The translations under genes and the position numbers were made by a program. The notes under the pieces are model-generated. The model saw only the letters and a program-made list of their open reading frames with translations. It made no database searches and had not been told where the DNA came from. From contig LCPA01000001.1 of the NCBI GenBank assembly GCA_001003385.1, forward strand, positions 1-48,276: 48,276 nt of DNA, in the 5' to 3' direction. Source of the DNA: Microgenomates group bacterium GW2011_GWF2_47_9 (GTDB taxonomy: Bacteria; Patescibacteriota; Microgenomatia; UBA1400; UBA12108). Positions 26,407 through 36,435 of the stretch are shown here, one piece after another. How positions within the stretch are numbered: position 1 is the first letter of the stretch; each line of letters begins with the position of its first letter.

Positions 26407-28344
26407 CTATTGATCCTTATCTTTGTTTTCATCTACGATTTCCCCTTCTTCGGGCTCATCCTCCTTCGTTGAAGCTGAGGCGGATGCATCGGCTTTGCCA
26501 TTGGACTTGCTATCACCGGACTTAGCCGCTTCGGCTTCGGACGCGGCCTTATATAGACGTTCGCCGTATTTGGAGAGAGCGGCACTAGCCTTTTTAAAGG
26601 CTTCGTCAATCGATTCGATGGAGGCGTCGTCTTTTTCTTTGGCCTCTTTGAGCGCTTTGAGGGAATCTTCTATCTCTTTTTTCTCATCTTCTTTTATTTT
26701 GTCACCGGCCTCACTAAGCGTCTTTTCTGTTTGGAAGATGAGCGAGTCAGCCTCGTTCTTTTTCTCGACGAGAGCCTTTTTCTTTTTGTCTTCGTCGGCA
26801 TGTTTTTCGGCTTCTTGCTTCATCCTTTCCACTTCTTCGTCACTTAGGTTGGTGGCGTTTTTGATGGTGATTTTTTGTTCCTTGCCGGTACCCTTGTCTT
26901 TGGCGCTCACGTTTAAGATTCCATTAGCGTCAATATCAAAGGTTACTTCGATTTGTGGAATCCCACGAGGAGCTGGAGCAAGTCCATCGAGGACAAATCT
27001 ACCAAGACTCTTGTTGTCGGCGGCCATGGGACGCTCTCCTTGTAAAACGTTAATTTCAACTTGAGGTTGATTGTCTGAGGCGGTTGAAAAAACCTGACTT
27101 TTACTAGTCGGAACGGTGGTGTTGCGATCAATAAGAGGTGTTAGGACGGCCCCCATAGTTTCGATACCAAGAGTGAGGGGGGTAACATCGAGAAGTAAGA
27201 CGTCATTAACTTCTCCGCCTAAAATACCTGCCTGGATGGCGGCTCCGACTGCAACAACCTCGTCTGGATTAACACCCTTGTGTGGTTCTCGACCAAAGAA
27301 GTCTTTGACGGCTTTTTGGACAGCCGGCATACGGGTTTGTCCGCCAACAAGAATAACCTCGTCAATATCCTCGGCCTTTAGCTTGGCATCTTTGAGGGCT
27401 TTTTTGCAGGGCTCGATGGTCTTTTTCACGAGATCATCAACTAGCTCTTCGAGTTTGGCTCGAGTTAGCTTCATAGTTAAGTGAAGTGGCTGACCATCTG
27501 AACCCTGGGTAATAAAGGGTTGGTTGATCTCGGTTTCTTGACTGGTCGAAAGCTCAATCTTGGCTTTTTCTGCAGAATCTCTAATTCTTTGGAGGGCTTG
27601 CTTATCTTTGGTGAGATCAGTCCCGGTTTCCTTTTTAAATTCGGCTATGATCCAGTCGATAATTTTGTGATTAAAGTCATCTCCTCCGAGAAAAGTATCG
27701 CCATTGGTGCTTTTGACCTCGAAGACACCGTCGCCAATTTCGAGAATCGAAATGTCGAAGGTTCCCCCACCTAGATCATAGACAGCAATCTTGCCGGTTT
27801 TCTTTTTATCGAGTCCATAGGCAAGGGCCGCGGCGGTCGGCTCATTGACAATGCGCTTAACCTCAAGTCCAGCGATCTGACCTGCCTGTTTGGTGGCTTG
27901 TCGCTGGGAATCGTCAAAGTAGGCGGGGACAGTAATGACGGCGTCTTTAACCTCTTCTCCTAGGTAGCTCTCCGCATCAGCTTTGGCTTTTTGGAGAATT
28001 TTGGCGGAAATTTCTTGAGGGGTATATTCTTTGCCATCTACTTTGACGGCGGCCATGTCGCTTGCGCCACTAACTATTTCGTAAGGAACTTTGTCGATAG
28101 TGGAAGTCACCATCGCATCTTTGAATTTGCGGCCCATCAAACGCTTAATGGAGTAGATTGTTTTTTCTGGGTTGAGGATCATTTGGTTTTTGGCGATGGT
28201 TCCGACCAGACCCTTGGTCGGTTCGACGATGGAAGGGATTAGGTTGGCTCCTTCCTGGGTGGGGATTACCTTGGGTTTGCCACCTTCCATGACTGCGATG
28301 ACCGAGTTTGTGGTACCTAAATCAATGCCGATTGTTTTGCTCAT
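26407..28344 (-). CDS. dnaK: Molecular chaperone DnaK (Hsp70)
   Basis: 645 aa: [34 protein letters not shown] lies 4 nt upstream of the ATG (complement 28349-28353). Confidence 0.97.
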   Translation of the reverse strand: MSKTIGIDLGTTNSVIAVMEGGKPKVIPTQEGANLIPSIVEPTKGLVGTIAKNQMILNPEKTIYSIKRLMGRKFKDAMVTSTIDKVPYEIVSGASDMAAVKVDGKEYTPQEISAKILQKAKADAESYLGEEVKDAVITVPAYFDDSQRQATKQAGQIAGLEVKRIVNEPTAAALAYGLDKKKTGKIAVYDLGGGTFDISILEIGDGVFEVKSTNGDTFLGGDDFNHKIIDWIIAEFKKETGTDLTKDKQALQRIRDSAEKAKIELSTSQETEINQPFITQGSDGQPLHLTMKLTRAKLEELVDDLVKKTIEPCKKALKDAKLKAEDIDEVILVGGQTRMPAVQKAVKDFFGREPHKGVNPDEVVAVGAAIQAGILGGEVNDVLLLDVTPLTLGIETMGAVLTPLIDRNTTVPTSKSQVFSTASDNQPQVEINVLQGERPMAADNKSLGRFVLDGLAPAPRGIPQIEVTFDIDANGILNVSAKDKGTGKEQKITIKNATNLSDEEVERMKQEAEKHADEDKKKKALVEKKNEADSLIFQTEKTLSEAGDKIKEDEKKEIEDSLKALKEAKEKDDASIESIDEAFKKASAALSKYGERLYKAASEAEAAKSGDSKSNGKADASASASTKEDEPEEGEIVDENKDKDQ

Positions 28345-28362
28345 ATTGCCTCCTTAATAAAA

Positions 28363-28821
28363 TTAAATTTTTGGACTAGTTTTCGAAACACCCGTGCCCA
28401 CGGTGACAATCGCCGGTCGAAGAACGCGATCGCGGAGAATGTAGCCGCGAGTCACAACATTGATGACTTGGTTTTTTTCTCCAGGCACACTTTCCTGACA
28501 CTCCATGGTGTTTGGATCAAATTCCCCCTGGCAGTTAATTTCTTGGACGTCTTCGTCTGACAGGATTTTGTCAAGTTGGTCAAGAATCATAGCGAGACTT
28601 TGATCTTTGAGATTGGCAGAAGCCATCTCGAGATGGTCTCGCACGGAAAGGAGTTTACTGACAAGCGAGACGGTCGCAAATTGGACTACTAGGCTAGATT
28701 CGCGACGCATGCGATTTTCGAGATTTTGATAATCGGCGAGCGCTCTTTTTAGTTTGGTCTCGAGACTTTGAATATCAACCTCGCTTGGTTTTTTGGGGGT
28801 AGGCTTTGGATCTTGTTTCAT
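28363..28821 (-). CDS. grpE: Nucleotide exchange factor GrpE
   Basis: 152 aa. ADYQNLENRMRRE coiled-coil start and C-terminal beta domain ...GYILRDRVLRPAIVTV. Positioned between hrcA and dnaK. Confidence 0.88.
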   Translation of the reverse strand: MKQDPKPTPKKPSEVDIQSLETKLKRALADYQNLENRMRRESSLVVQFATVSLVSKLLSVRDHLEMASANLKDQSLAMILDQLDKILSDEDVQEINCQGEFDPNTMECQESVPGEKNQVINVVTRGYILRDRVLRPAIVTVGTGVSKTSPKI

Positions 28822-28824
28822 AGT

Positions 28825-29556
28825 TTAGTTCCAACTAGAGCTCACCTCATCGATAAGCTGACTAATATGAGTAAGCATGGGCATAACATAAGGGTAGTTG
28901 AGTCTTGCCGGACCAATGACGCCCAGATGGCCGGTGGTTGGGCCAGCCTTAAAATCAATGTAGGCCATGCCGCAAGGGTAGAGATTTGCCGCTTCGAAGT
29001 CGTCGCCAATTATGATGTGGATGGGGTCATGATCGGTCATGCGTTCGAAGATGCGGGTCATGGCGGTATGAGACTCGATCATCGACAGAACGGTCCGGGT
29101 AACATCGATGTCGTAGAATTCGGGGAGCGTAAGAACATTGGCATACCCAGAAGAATAGACGTCGCCTGTTGAAGTGACGGCAATGCCGATGGTGCCAGTT
29201 TTTTCGGAGAGAACACGAGTTGATTCTTGGAGGAGTTTGTCTAGCTTTTCGCGGAAATCCCAGATCCTTTCTTTGACTGCGACCTCTTCGGTGACGGCGA
29301 GTTCTTGGGGAGACATGAGTTCGGTAACGTAAAGTTTGAGGGCAATTGGGGTGGGAATGCGCCCAGCAGAAGTGTGGGGTTGCTTGAGATAGCCCAGGTC
29401 GTCTAGGCGAACCATTTCGTTTCTGATTGTGGCGGGTGAGACGCCTAGGTTGTATTTTTTGTCGAGAGTTTCGGAACCGACAGCCTCGCCTGTTGATGTA
29501 TATTCTTCGACAACTGCCTTAATGATTGCTATTTGACGAGGTGAAAGTGGTTTCAT
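28825..29556 (-). CDS. hrcA: Heat-inducible transcriptional repressor HrcA (short, 243 aa)
   Basis: LSPRQIAIIKAVVEEYTSTGEAVGSETL...VSPATIRNEMVRLDDLGYLKQPHTSAGRIPT is a winged HTH. AAGGAG lies 7 nt upstream, and a CIRCE operator sits in its promoter. Confidence 0.9.
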   Translation of the reverse strand: MKPLSPRQIAIIKAVVEEYTSTGEAVGSETLDKKYNLGVSPATIRNEMVRLDDLGYLKQPHTSAGRIPTPIALKLYVTELMSPQELAVTEEVAVKERIWDFREKLDKLLQESTRVLSEKTGTIGIAVTSTGDVYSSGYANVLTLPEFYDIDVTRTVLSMIESHTAMTRIFERMTDHDPIHIIIGDDFEAANLYPCGMAYIDFKAGPTTGHLGVIGPARLNYPYVMPMLTHISQLIDEVSSSWN

Positions 29557-29586
29557 GTTTTTACTCCTTGGATAAGTTACGCTCCA

Positions 29587-29613
29587 TTAGCACTATGATA
29601 AAGCGAGTGCTAG
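29587..29613. promoter_or_regulatory. CIRCE operator (HrcA binding site)
   Basis: TTAGCACTA-TGATAAAGC-GAGTGCTAG compared with the consensus TTAGCACTC-N9-GAGTGCTAA, with one mismatch per arm. It lies 31 nt upstream of the hrcA ATG. Confidence 0.88.
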
Positions 29614-29623
29614 ATTGTGTCAA
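29595..29623 (-). promoter_or_regulatory. Sigma70-type promoter of hrcA-grpE-dnaK, overlapped by CIRCE
   Basis: The minus strand reads TTGACA (complement 29618-29623), a 17-nt spacer, then TATCAT (complement 29595-29600). Confidence 0.7.
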
Positions 29624-29627
29624 GTAC

Positions 29628-31409
29628 TTAAGTAATCTTGAGAATTTCGGTGAAGGCAGAGGTAGGAACAGCAACGTTTCCCAACATTTTCATTTTTTTC
29701 TTTCCCTTCTTTTGTTTTTCCAGTAGTTTGCGATTGCGGGTCATGTCGCCTCCATGGAGTTTGGCTGTCACATCTTTGCGGTAGGCTTTGACGGTCGATC
29801 GCGCGATGATCTTACCCCCGATTGAAGCTTGAATAGCTACTTCAATTTGTGATCTAGGGATTACTACTTTGAGCTTTTCAACGAGAGCCCTCCCCTTTCC
29901 TTCGGCTTGGATACGGGGACAAATAAATGATAGTGCGGAAGCTGGTTCGGAGTTTAGTAAAATATCGACCTTGACGGCGTCTACCGGTTGGTAGCCAGCA
30001 TGTTCGTACTCGACACTAGCGTACCCAGAACTGACCGATTTGAGTCGGTCGTAGAAGTTTGTGATTAACTCGGCAAGGGGCATGAGATATTCTAATTTGG
30101 CTTTTCCGGGCGCGGGATATTGCATGTCGATAAACTCGGCGCGTTTGGTTTGTGCAAGCTCCATAACAGCGCCAACATAGCTTTCTGGAGTGTAGATGGT
30201 AAGAAGAATAAAGGGCTCTTGGACTTCTTTAATTGATTCGGGGGTGGGATAGTCAGCTGGCGAGGAAATTTCGCTGTGTTCATTGTTTGAAAGAGTAAGG
30301 CGATAAGGAACTGAAGGAGTCGTATTAACACAGCTAACTCCAAATTCCTGGAACAGGCGCTCTGAGACAATTTCGGCATGGAGGATACCCAAAAATCCGA
30401 CGCGAAACCCATGACCCAGGGCTGGGGAGGCAGTTATGGTAAACGTTAGTGAGGCGTCGTTTAAGGCTAGTTTTTCTAGGGCTGTAGCGAGTAACCGAAA
30501 GTCTCCGGCGTCTCCCGGGTAAAGATCCATAAAGACCATGGGGAGGGGGCGTTCGTAACCTTCGATTGGAGTGATGAGCGAACCTTTGGTCGTGACTGTG
30601 TCGCCAATAGTAACATCGCGGATGTCTTTGTGGCCGGTTGCAATATAACCAACCTCGCCTGTGTTAAGGATAGACGAAGCGGTCATGAGGGGAGTAAAGA
30701 AACCAATTTCAAGAGGGTTCATTGGTTCTTGAGCTTGATAGAGGACAAGGCGGTCTAGATTTTGGCTATTAATTTGTCCTTGTACGACCTCTACAAAAGC
30801 AATAACACCCTTGTGAATATCAAAAGTGCTATTGAAGACAAGCGCCTTGAGCTCGTTGTCTTTTGAAGGAGAAATCCTGGGGGGTGGGACTTTGGCTGTA
30901 ATGGCGTCCAAAAGACCCTCCACGCCTACCCCGGTTTTGGCGGAAACATAGAGAATGTCTTCTTTTTTGAAACCAAGAATACTCACGAGTTCGTCCGCAG
31001 TTTTCTCTGGCTCGGCACTATCGAGGTCAATTTTGTTGATGACTGGAATAATGTGAAGATTGTGTTCGACGGCTTTGTCGTAGTTGGCGAGGGTTTGAGC
31101 TTGGATCCCCTTGGTCGCGTCGACGACTAAAACAGCCCCATCACAAGCCTTGAGAGAACGGGAGACTTCGTAGGCAAAGTCGACATGCCCGGGAGTGTCG
31201 ATTAGATTGAGGATGTAGCCTTTGTAGTCGAGGCGCACAGGAGCGAGTTTGATCGTGATTCCACGCTCTTGTTCGATGGGGTTGCTATCCATAATACGAG
31301 TAGCATGAGAAGCTTTGACGGTACCCGTGAATTCAAGAATTCTGTCGGTCAGGGTGGTTTTACCATGATCGATATGGGCAATGATGCTAAAGTTTCTAAT
31401 ATTTTTCAT
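29628..31409 (-). CDS. lepA: Elongation factor 4 (LepA)
   Basis: From the internal ATG (complement 31407-31409): MKNIRNFSIIAHIDHGKTTL, DTPGHVDF, NKID, and a LepA-specific C-terminal domain. The 34 upstream codons in the track ORF overlap the murJ 3' end. Confidence 0.93.
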   Translation of the reverse strand: MKNIRNFSIIAHIDHGKTTLTDRILEFTGTVKASHATRIMDSNPIEQERGITIKLAPVRLDYKGYILNLIDTPGHVDFAYEVSRSLKACDGAVLVVDATKGIQAQTLANYDKAVEHNLHIIPVINKIDLDSAEPEKTADELVSILGFKKEDILYVSAKTGVGVEGLLDAITAKVPPPRISPSKDNELKALVFNSTFDIHKGVIAFVEVVQGQINSQNLDRLVLYQAQEPMNPLEIGFFTPLMTASSILNTGEVGYIATGHKDIRDVTIGDTVTTKGSLITPIEGYERPLPMVFMDLYPGDAGDFRLLATALEKLALNDASLTFTITASPALGHGFRVGFLGILHAEIVSERLFQEFGVSCVNTTPSVPYRLTLSNNEHSEISSPADYPTPESIKEVQEPFILLTIYTPESYVGAVMELAQTKRAEFIDMQYPAPGKAKLEYLMPLAELITNFYDRLKSVSSGYASVEYEHAGYQPVDAVKVDILLNSEPASALSFICPRIQAEGKGRALVEKLKVVIPRSQIEVAIQASIGGKIIARSTVKAYRKDVTAKLHGGDMTRNRKLLEKQKKGKKKMKMLGNVAVPTSAFTEILKIT

Positions 31410-31422
31410 AGAAACAGCTATT

Positions 31423-33081
31423 CTACACCGAGGTTTCGGGAGATTCGATTGGTTCGGTTGTTTGCGAGAGAGCTTTTTGCCAGTTGCCGATTTTGCCGAA
31501 GAGTTTGGCAAAAATACTTAGCTCGCGGACGGCGAACAGATAGGAAAGGGCAATGTAGACACAGAGGCCGATTAGGGTGGTCGTAATTGTAAGCATGATG
31601 AGGGGAATTGTGCGGGTAGTGTCAAAGATCATTTGATCGAGGAGGCGCAGGGGAATCCAGAGAGCGGCCGTGGTAATCAAGGTGATGATGAGCATTTTTA
31701 GTAAAGGCATGAGGACGCGGCTTACGGCAAATTGAGCGAGACGATAGAGAGTAGTAGTGAGGATGAAAGTCTCGAGAATGGCGGCAATAGAGACGGCGGT
31801 GGCCATACCGATTACCCCGGTTTTGAGAATGAAAAGAAAATAGTAGCTCAGGGTAAGATTGGTAACAGTCGAGAAAATACTAACTATGAAGGGGGTCATG
31901 GTGTCGTGAAGGGCATAGAAAACGCGCACTAGAATATGAGTTAAGGAGCGGGCGGCAATAGAAATGGCGAGAATGGCGACTAGTTTGCCAGTTGTGACAG
32001 TTTCATACCAAGGGAAGGAATCGGCCCCATAAGCCAAGCGAACGAGAGGGATGCGAAGAACAAGAACAATGGCTGAAGCAGGTAGAGCCAGGTAGAGCAT
32101 TTCGAGAATAGTGCTATTGACCATGTGCGCTAGCGACTCTAATTTATCCTTGGCACTTTCTTTGGTAAAAAAAGGAAGCGAGGCCTGACCAATAGGAATA
32201 CCAATGAGCCGAACGGGTAGGTTGGCAAGTTGGGTGGCGATCGACATCATGGTGACAGAGCCTGAGGCGAGCCATGATGAGAAGGCAATAATAGCCGTGA
32301 GTTCAATTTGGGAGAGAGAGAGGGTTAAAACGCGCGGAAGCATAAGCCTTAACATCTCTCTGACAGCTTTATGGCCACGACTGATGGCAAAGGAGTAGCG
32401 AAACCCTAGTTTTCGGGCAAGAGGGATTTGGGCGGCTAGATGTAAAAAGGCACCAAGTACGACGCCGAGAGCCGGACCATAAATCCCTAGAGTTTTACCA
32501 AAGATGATAATTCCTAAGATAATGCCAAAATTGTAGAGAATGGGAGAGAAAGCGGGGACCATGAAGCGCTGGTGGGACTGGATAATACCCGTCAGGAAAC
32601 TAGAAAATCCGAAAAATACCTGAGCAAGGCTCATGATGCGGGTAAGATTGACCATGAGAGCCAACTGGTCTGTGGAAAACCCCCCGGCAATCAGCCTACT
32701 TAAGGGTTTGGCCCAGATGAAGATGACAAAAGATAGGGCGATCATAATGAGCATAACGACGTTAATCATGGAGTTGGCGATCAGATTGGATTCGTCTTTT
32801 TTACCTAAATACCGGCCGAAAACTGGGATGAAGGCTGACGAGAGGGCGCCTACGACAATGATCTGGAAAATCATGTCTGGGAGCCTGAAGGCGGCCCAAA
32901 AAACGTCAACAATTTCTTTATCTGAGTAGAAATATTGGATTAGCAGGCGAGTGCGGATGACACCTAAAAGCGCCGAGACAAGAGTCGCAAACATGATGAT
33001 TGTAGCGGCCGAGAGGATAGAGGAGCTTTCCTTGGAAAAAAGATTTTTCCCATTTTTTACTAGCCGGTTAAACATAGCCAT
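31423..33081 (-). CDS. murJ: Lipid II flippase MurJ (MviN family)
   Basis: 552 aa with about 14 TM helices. The N-terminus SRLLGVIR-type motif reads ALLGVIRTRLLIQYF, followed by FRLPDMIFQIIVVGALSSAFIPVF. Confidence 0.85.
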   Translation of the reverse strand: MAMFNRLVKNGKNLFSKESSSILSAATIIMFATLVSALLGVIRTRLLIQYFYSDKEIVDVFWAAFRLPDMIFQIIVVGALSSAFIPVFGRYLGKKDESNLIANSMINVVMLIMIALSFVIFIWAKPLSRLIAGGFSTDQLALMVNLTRIMSLAQVFFGFSSFLTGIIQSHQRFMVPAFSPILYNFGIILGIIIFGKTLGIYGPALGVVLGAFLHLAAQIPLARKLGFRYSFAISRGHKAVREMLRLMLPRVLTLSLSQIELTAIIAFSSWLASGSVTMMSIATQLANLPVRLIGIPIGQASLPFFTKESAKDKLESLAHMVNSTILEMLYLALPASAIVLVLRIPLVRLAYGADSFPWYETVTTGKLVAILAISIAARSLTHILVRVFYALHDTMTPFIVSIFSTVTNLTLSYYFLFILKTGVIGMATAVSIAAILETFILTTTLYRLAQFAVSRVLMPLLKMLIITLITTAALWIPLRLLDQMIFDTTRTIPLIMLTITTTLIGLCVYIALSYLFAVRELSIFAKLFGKIGNWQKALSQTTEPIESPETSV

Positions 33082-33117
33082 AGTGTAATCTGTAAAAAGG
33101 AAAGTGAAAAGAGGAAA

Positions 33118-33146
33118 TTGCGAAAAGAGGCACTACTTGATATACT
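33118..33146 (+). promoter_or_regulatory. Sigma70-type promoter of rpsT (extended -10)
   Basis: TTGCGA (33118-33123), a 17-nt spacer, then TGa-TATACT (33138-33146). This leaves a ~30-nt leader with AGGAAAG upstream of the ATG. Confidence 0.55.
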
Positions 33147-33183
33147 AGGCGACATTAGAACAACCTAAAAAGGAAAGATAGCG

Positions 33184-33450
33184 ATGCCTATTATTAAATC
33201 AGCAATCAAGAAATTAAGAGCCGACATAAAAAAGACCAAGTCGAACCGGCCTGTTCTCTCCAAGCTTAGAACGGCTGTAAAGGCGGCAAAAAAAGATCCT
33301 AGCGAGTCGACAATTAGTCATGCCTATTCGGCAGTAGACAGGGCTACTAAGCGGGGACTTGTGAAAAGAAATACGGCAGCAAGAATTAAGGCAGGGGTGG
33401 TGCGAGCGAGTAAAGGGAAAGTCGATAAATCCCCATTTGCAAAAAAATAG
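33184..33450 (+). CDS. rpsT: 30S ribosomal protein S20
   Basis: 88 aa: MPIIKSAIKKLRADIKKTKSNR... Confidence 0.9.
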   Translation: MPIIKSAIKKLRADIKKTKSNRPVLSKLRTAVKAAKKDPSESTISHAYSAVDRATKRGLVKRNTAARIKAGVVRASKGKVDKSPFAKK

Positions 33451-33482
33451 AGAATTGTTTTCAAATTGTGTAGTATGGAGGT

Positions 33483-34052
33483 ATGCAAGTACCTGCGTTT
33501 TTTGGAAGAAAGAAATCGGTTAATTTATTGCCGAGGGATTCGTTTGAATCAAGTAGCCTAGGAGTAGTTTTGGAGTGGGCTTTAGCGTTTGGAAAGTGGG
33601 CGGTGATTTTGACTCAACTAGTCGTGATGTTTGCATTTCTCTATAGATTTACCTTGGATCGTAAACTAACTGACCTAAACAAGGAGATGAAACAGCAGGA
33701 GGCTGTCATCAATTCTTACCAGACTCTTGAGGCAGATTTTCTTTTGGCTCAAGCAAGAATTAACTCAATAAAAGAAATTTCAGACAGCCAAGCGAAATTA
33801 TTATCAATGGTCAATATTCTGCATGAGCTGACTCCGCAGGATGTCTGGTACGAAAGGTTGACAATATCTAATACAAACGTGACGATGAGCGCTTATTCTT
33901 CCTCTTTGGCTGGGTTTAGTAGATTAATTACCGCCTTTCAGAACGAGCCACTTTTTAAATCTGTTAATGTTGGAAACATAGAGGATGGTGGGGCAAAGGG
34001 GGCACAACTCAGATTTGATATTTCTCTCATCCACGGGGAGGCCGAAAAATGA
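33483..34052 (+). CDS. PilN-like type IV pilus alignment protein
   Basis: 189 aa with a conserved N-terminal VNLLPRD (INLLP-type PilM-binding motif), one TM helix, a coiled coil, and a ferredoxin-like C-terminus (VWYERLTISNTNVTMSAYSSSLAGFSRLITAFQNEPLF). Confidence 0.6.
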   Translation: MQVPAFFGRKKSVNLLPRDSFESSSLGVVLEWALAFGKWAVILTQLVVMFAFLYRFTLDRKLTDLNKEMKQQEAVINSYQTLEADFLLAQARINSIKEISDSQAKLLSMVNILHELTPQDVWYERLTISNTNVTMSAYSSSLAGFSRLITAFQNEPLFKSVNVGNIEDGGAKGAQLRFDISLIHGEAEK

Positions 34053-34735
34053 GTAATGCTACGAAAATGGCCTACAACCGATACAAAAAATACTCACTAA
34101 ACCTGAGAAATTACTATAAACTGCCTGCAGTACATACGTCGTTGACTCTGGTTTTGTCTTTATTTATTTGTGCATTCTTTATCCTAGTGGCACTACGACC
34201 AACTTTTATCGCAATTGCAAAACTAAATACTACGATTGCAGATTCTAAGAAGACTCTGGCACAGCTTAACGCTAAAGCAGGCGCTCTCCAGCAAGCGGAG
34301 AGAGTTTGGGAGGAGATTAAACAGTTTGAGCCGCAGATAGAAAGGGCGATTCCATCAAAAGGGCCTGCCTATCAAGCCCTAGTACTTTCTGCCGAAGTCC
34401 TTGCTACTTCCTCGAACGTCCAGATTGCAAGTGAAACTATTGGACCGGCACTTACTTTTTCGAGTATTGCTGATCCTTATACGGGAAAGAAGCGTAGTGT
34501 GATAACAATCCCATATTCTGTCCGTGTGACGGGTGAGTACCAAAACATCATGGAATTTATGCGACAGCTTACGAATTTGGACAGAATGATCCAGATAGAT
34601 TCTCTGAGTATTGCGCGTGACGCCGAGGCTGAGGGAGTCGCACAAACTCTAACTTTGAGTGTGTCCGCAAAAACTTATATCGCGGCTGATGAACAGATGA
34701 TCACTAAAATATTAGAAGAACTAAGAGGAAAATAA
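34049..34735 (+). CDS. PilO-like type IV pilus alignment protein
   Basis: 228 aa with a TM helix, coiled coil and C-terminal YSVRVTGEYQNIMEFMRQLTNLDRMIQIDSLSI (PilO signature layout). ATGA overlap with the PilN-like gene. Confidence 0.55.
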   Translation: MSNATKMAYNRYKKYSLNLRNYYKLPAVHTSLTLVLSLFICAFFILVALRPTFIAIAKLNTTIADSKKTLAQLNAKAGALQQAERVWEEIKQFEPQIERAIPSKGPAYQALVLSAEVLATSSNVQIASETIGPALTFSSIADPYTGKKRSVITIPYSVRVTGEYQNIMEFMRQLTNLDRMIQIDSLSIARDAEAEGVAQTLTLSVSAKTYIAADEQMITKILEELRGK

Positions 34736-34737
34736 GG

Positions 34738-35064
34738 ATGGCAAAGAATAGTTTTATCCTCGTTAACAGAAGCCTTTATCATATGGGAGTAGTGACACTT
34801 GTTACCAGCATTTTGTGGGTAGGAATCGGCGTATATAACGCTTTCTCTAATCATGGCGAGCTAGAAATAGCTAAAGAGACCCTGACACCCTTTAACCCAG
34901 GCGTTGACTTGGCAGTTTTGGAGACTCTTAGATCACGAAGAAGTATCGAAGTCGATGAAGCCACAACGACAATAATAGAGGGTTTGGTAGAGGAGGATCT
35001 AGAGGAAAGTGTCCTCACAATAGAACAGGTAGAGGAAGCAAGCGGGAGTGGACAAGAGATTTAG
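34738..35064 (+). CDS. Small single-TM protein with an acidic C-terminus
   Basis: 108 aa with TM helix MGVVTLVTSILWVGIGVY and tail EGLVEEDLEESVLTIEQVEEASG. It starts 2 nt after the PilO-like stop. Confidence 0.45.
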   Translation: MAKNSFILVNRSLYHMGVVTLVTSILWVGIGVYNAFSNHGELEIAKETLTPFNPGVDLAVLETLRSRRSIEVDEATTTIIEGLVEEDLEESVLTIEQVEEASGSGQEI

Positions 35065-35100
35065 CTTGTGTGCATATTAGCTAACTGTTAGTATGAATGT

Positions 35101-36423
35101 GTGAAGCTTTTGATGAGGCGTTTTCCGACTATTTTCGGAATTTTGTTATTAGTGGGAGGGGCGCTGGCGGGAGGCTGGTACTTTTTTAACAATCAACCTA
35201 AAGTAGCGGAAGAGGAGAAACCTCAGCAGGTGAGGATCACAAATATTGCCGATAACAAGTTTGCAGTATCCTGGACTACAAAGGTGCCTACGATCGGAGA
35301 GGTGGAGTATGGGATGGTGGGGGAAAAATTGGAGGCGAAGGTGAGCGATGACAGGGGGGGTGGAACGTATACAACGCATCACATCACAGTTAAGGATTTA
35401 CAACCAAACACCCAGTATGCATTTCGGATATTGTCGGCACAGGCGCGGTTTGACAATAACGGGAGTCCTTATACAGTCGCAACCGGCCCGAGTATTACGG
35501 TGACTCCGACGGCACAGAGCTTTTATGGAAAAGTAGAGGGGAAAGGCGCGGAAGGGTCGATAGTATATTTGGCTTTGCCTTCGGGAGTACCTACTTCAAC
35601 TCTTGTTAATTCGACAGGAAACTACACTTTTTCGATTTCGACTGTCCGGACTCTTGACCTTAAGAAATACGTAGAATATGACAAGGCCGCAACAATCGTT
35701 AATATAAGCATTGTTGACGGAAATGGCACCACAACGGCTACTGTTAATACCGCCAATTCGGCGCCCGTACCTACAATTAGCTTGGGGAAAAACCAAGATT
35801 TTAGGGAAACAGAACAGCCACCCGTCGCCCAAGTTGAGCCTGAAACTCCACCCGTTTTTAATGTTGAACCCCTGAACAATGAAGTAAACGAAGTCGGAGA
35901 CGGAGGAGTGGGTGTCACAATTATAAATCCGGATGAAAATGAAGTGCTTTCAACACTTCGGCCAGAGTTTAGAGGAACGGGAAGAGCTGGTGCGGTATTG
36001 TCAATTTTGGTTCAATCAGCTAAGTCACAGAGCGAAAATGTTGTGGTTCTATCCGACGGGACATGGAGTTGGTCACCCCCGCAGGACCTAAATGAAGGGC
36101 CGGCGACTTTGACAATTACTTATCTTAATACTTCGGGGGTAGAGCAAACAGTTGAGCGAAATTTTAGTATTACAGTTCCAGCATATGGGGCTGACCCGGC
36201 GTTTGAGTCTTCTCCAAGCGCAAGTATAAGTCCCCTACCATCTCCTAGCCAGACAGCAAGTCCGTACCCTAGCTTGTCTTCGTCGGCCTCGGCCACACCG
36301 AGAGAACAGATCCCATCAACCGAGTCGGGGGTGCCTGTAACCGGAGTATTTGAACTTACCCTGTTGACGGGGGGCTTGGGACTTGTCATTATGATAGTGG
36401 GGACATTACTTCTTGTTATATAG
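35101..36423 (+). CDS. Surface protein with an FN3/purple-acid-phosphatase-N-like domain, an Ig-like domain, a Ser/Pro linker and an LPxTG-like C-terminal signal
   Basis: 440 aa with an N-terminal anchor. VRITNIADNKFAVSWTTKVPTIGEVEYG...LQPNTQYAFRI (FN3). INPDENEVLSTLRPEFRGTGRAGAVLSILV...DGTWSWSP (Ig-like). The C-terminus reads GVPVTGVFELTLLTGGLGLVIMIVGTLLLVI. Start is GTG 35101 or ATG 35113. Confidence 0.6.
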   Translation: MKLLMRRFPTIFGILLLVGGALAGGWYFFNNQPKVAEEEKPQQVRITNIADNKFAVSWTTKVPTIGEVEYGMVGEKLEAKVSDDRGGGTYTTHHITVKDLQPNTQYAFRILSAQARFDNNGSPYTVATGPSITVTPTAQSFYGKVEGKGAEGSIVYLALPSGVPTSTLVNSTGNYTFSISTVRTLDLKKYVEYDKAATIVNISIVDGNGTTTATVNTANSAPVPTISLGKNQDFRETEQPPVAQVEPETPPVFNVEPLNNEVNEVGDGGVGVTIINPDENEVLSTLRPEFRGTGRAGAVLSILVQSAKSQSENVVVLSDGTWSWSPPQDLNEGPATLTITYLNTSGVEQTVERNFSITVPAYGADPAFESSPSASISPLPSPSQTASPYPSLSSSASATPREQIPSTESGVPVTGVFELTLLTGGLGLVIMIVGTLLLVI

Positions 36424-36435
36424 GTGCGTGCTTGT

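Noticed and set aside
33082-33183. Possible replication origin at the main strand switch (minus-strand genes to the left, plus-strand genes to the right)
   Set aside because: The spacer is only 102 bp, has no DnaA-box (TTATCCACA-like) clusters and no adjacent dnaA or dnaN. It is adequately explained by divergent murJ and rpsT promoters.
33477-33482. GGAGGT directly upstream of the pilN-like ATG read as a Shine-Dalgarno sequence
   Set aside because: Spacing to the ATG is 1 nt, too short for SD function. The TAGTAT hexamer just upstream fits the recurrent -10/leaderless pattern better. This remains ambiguous without TSS data.
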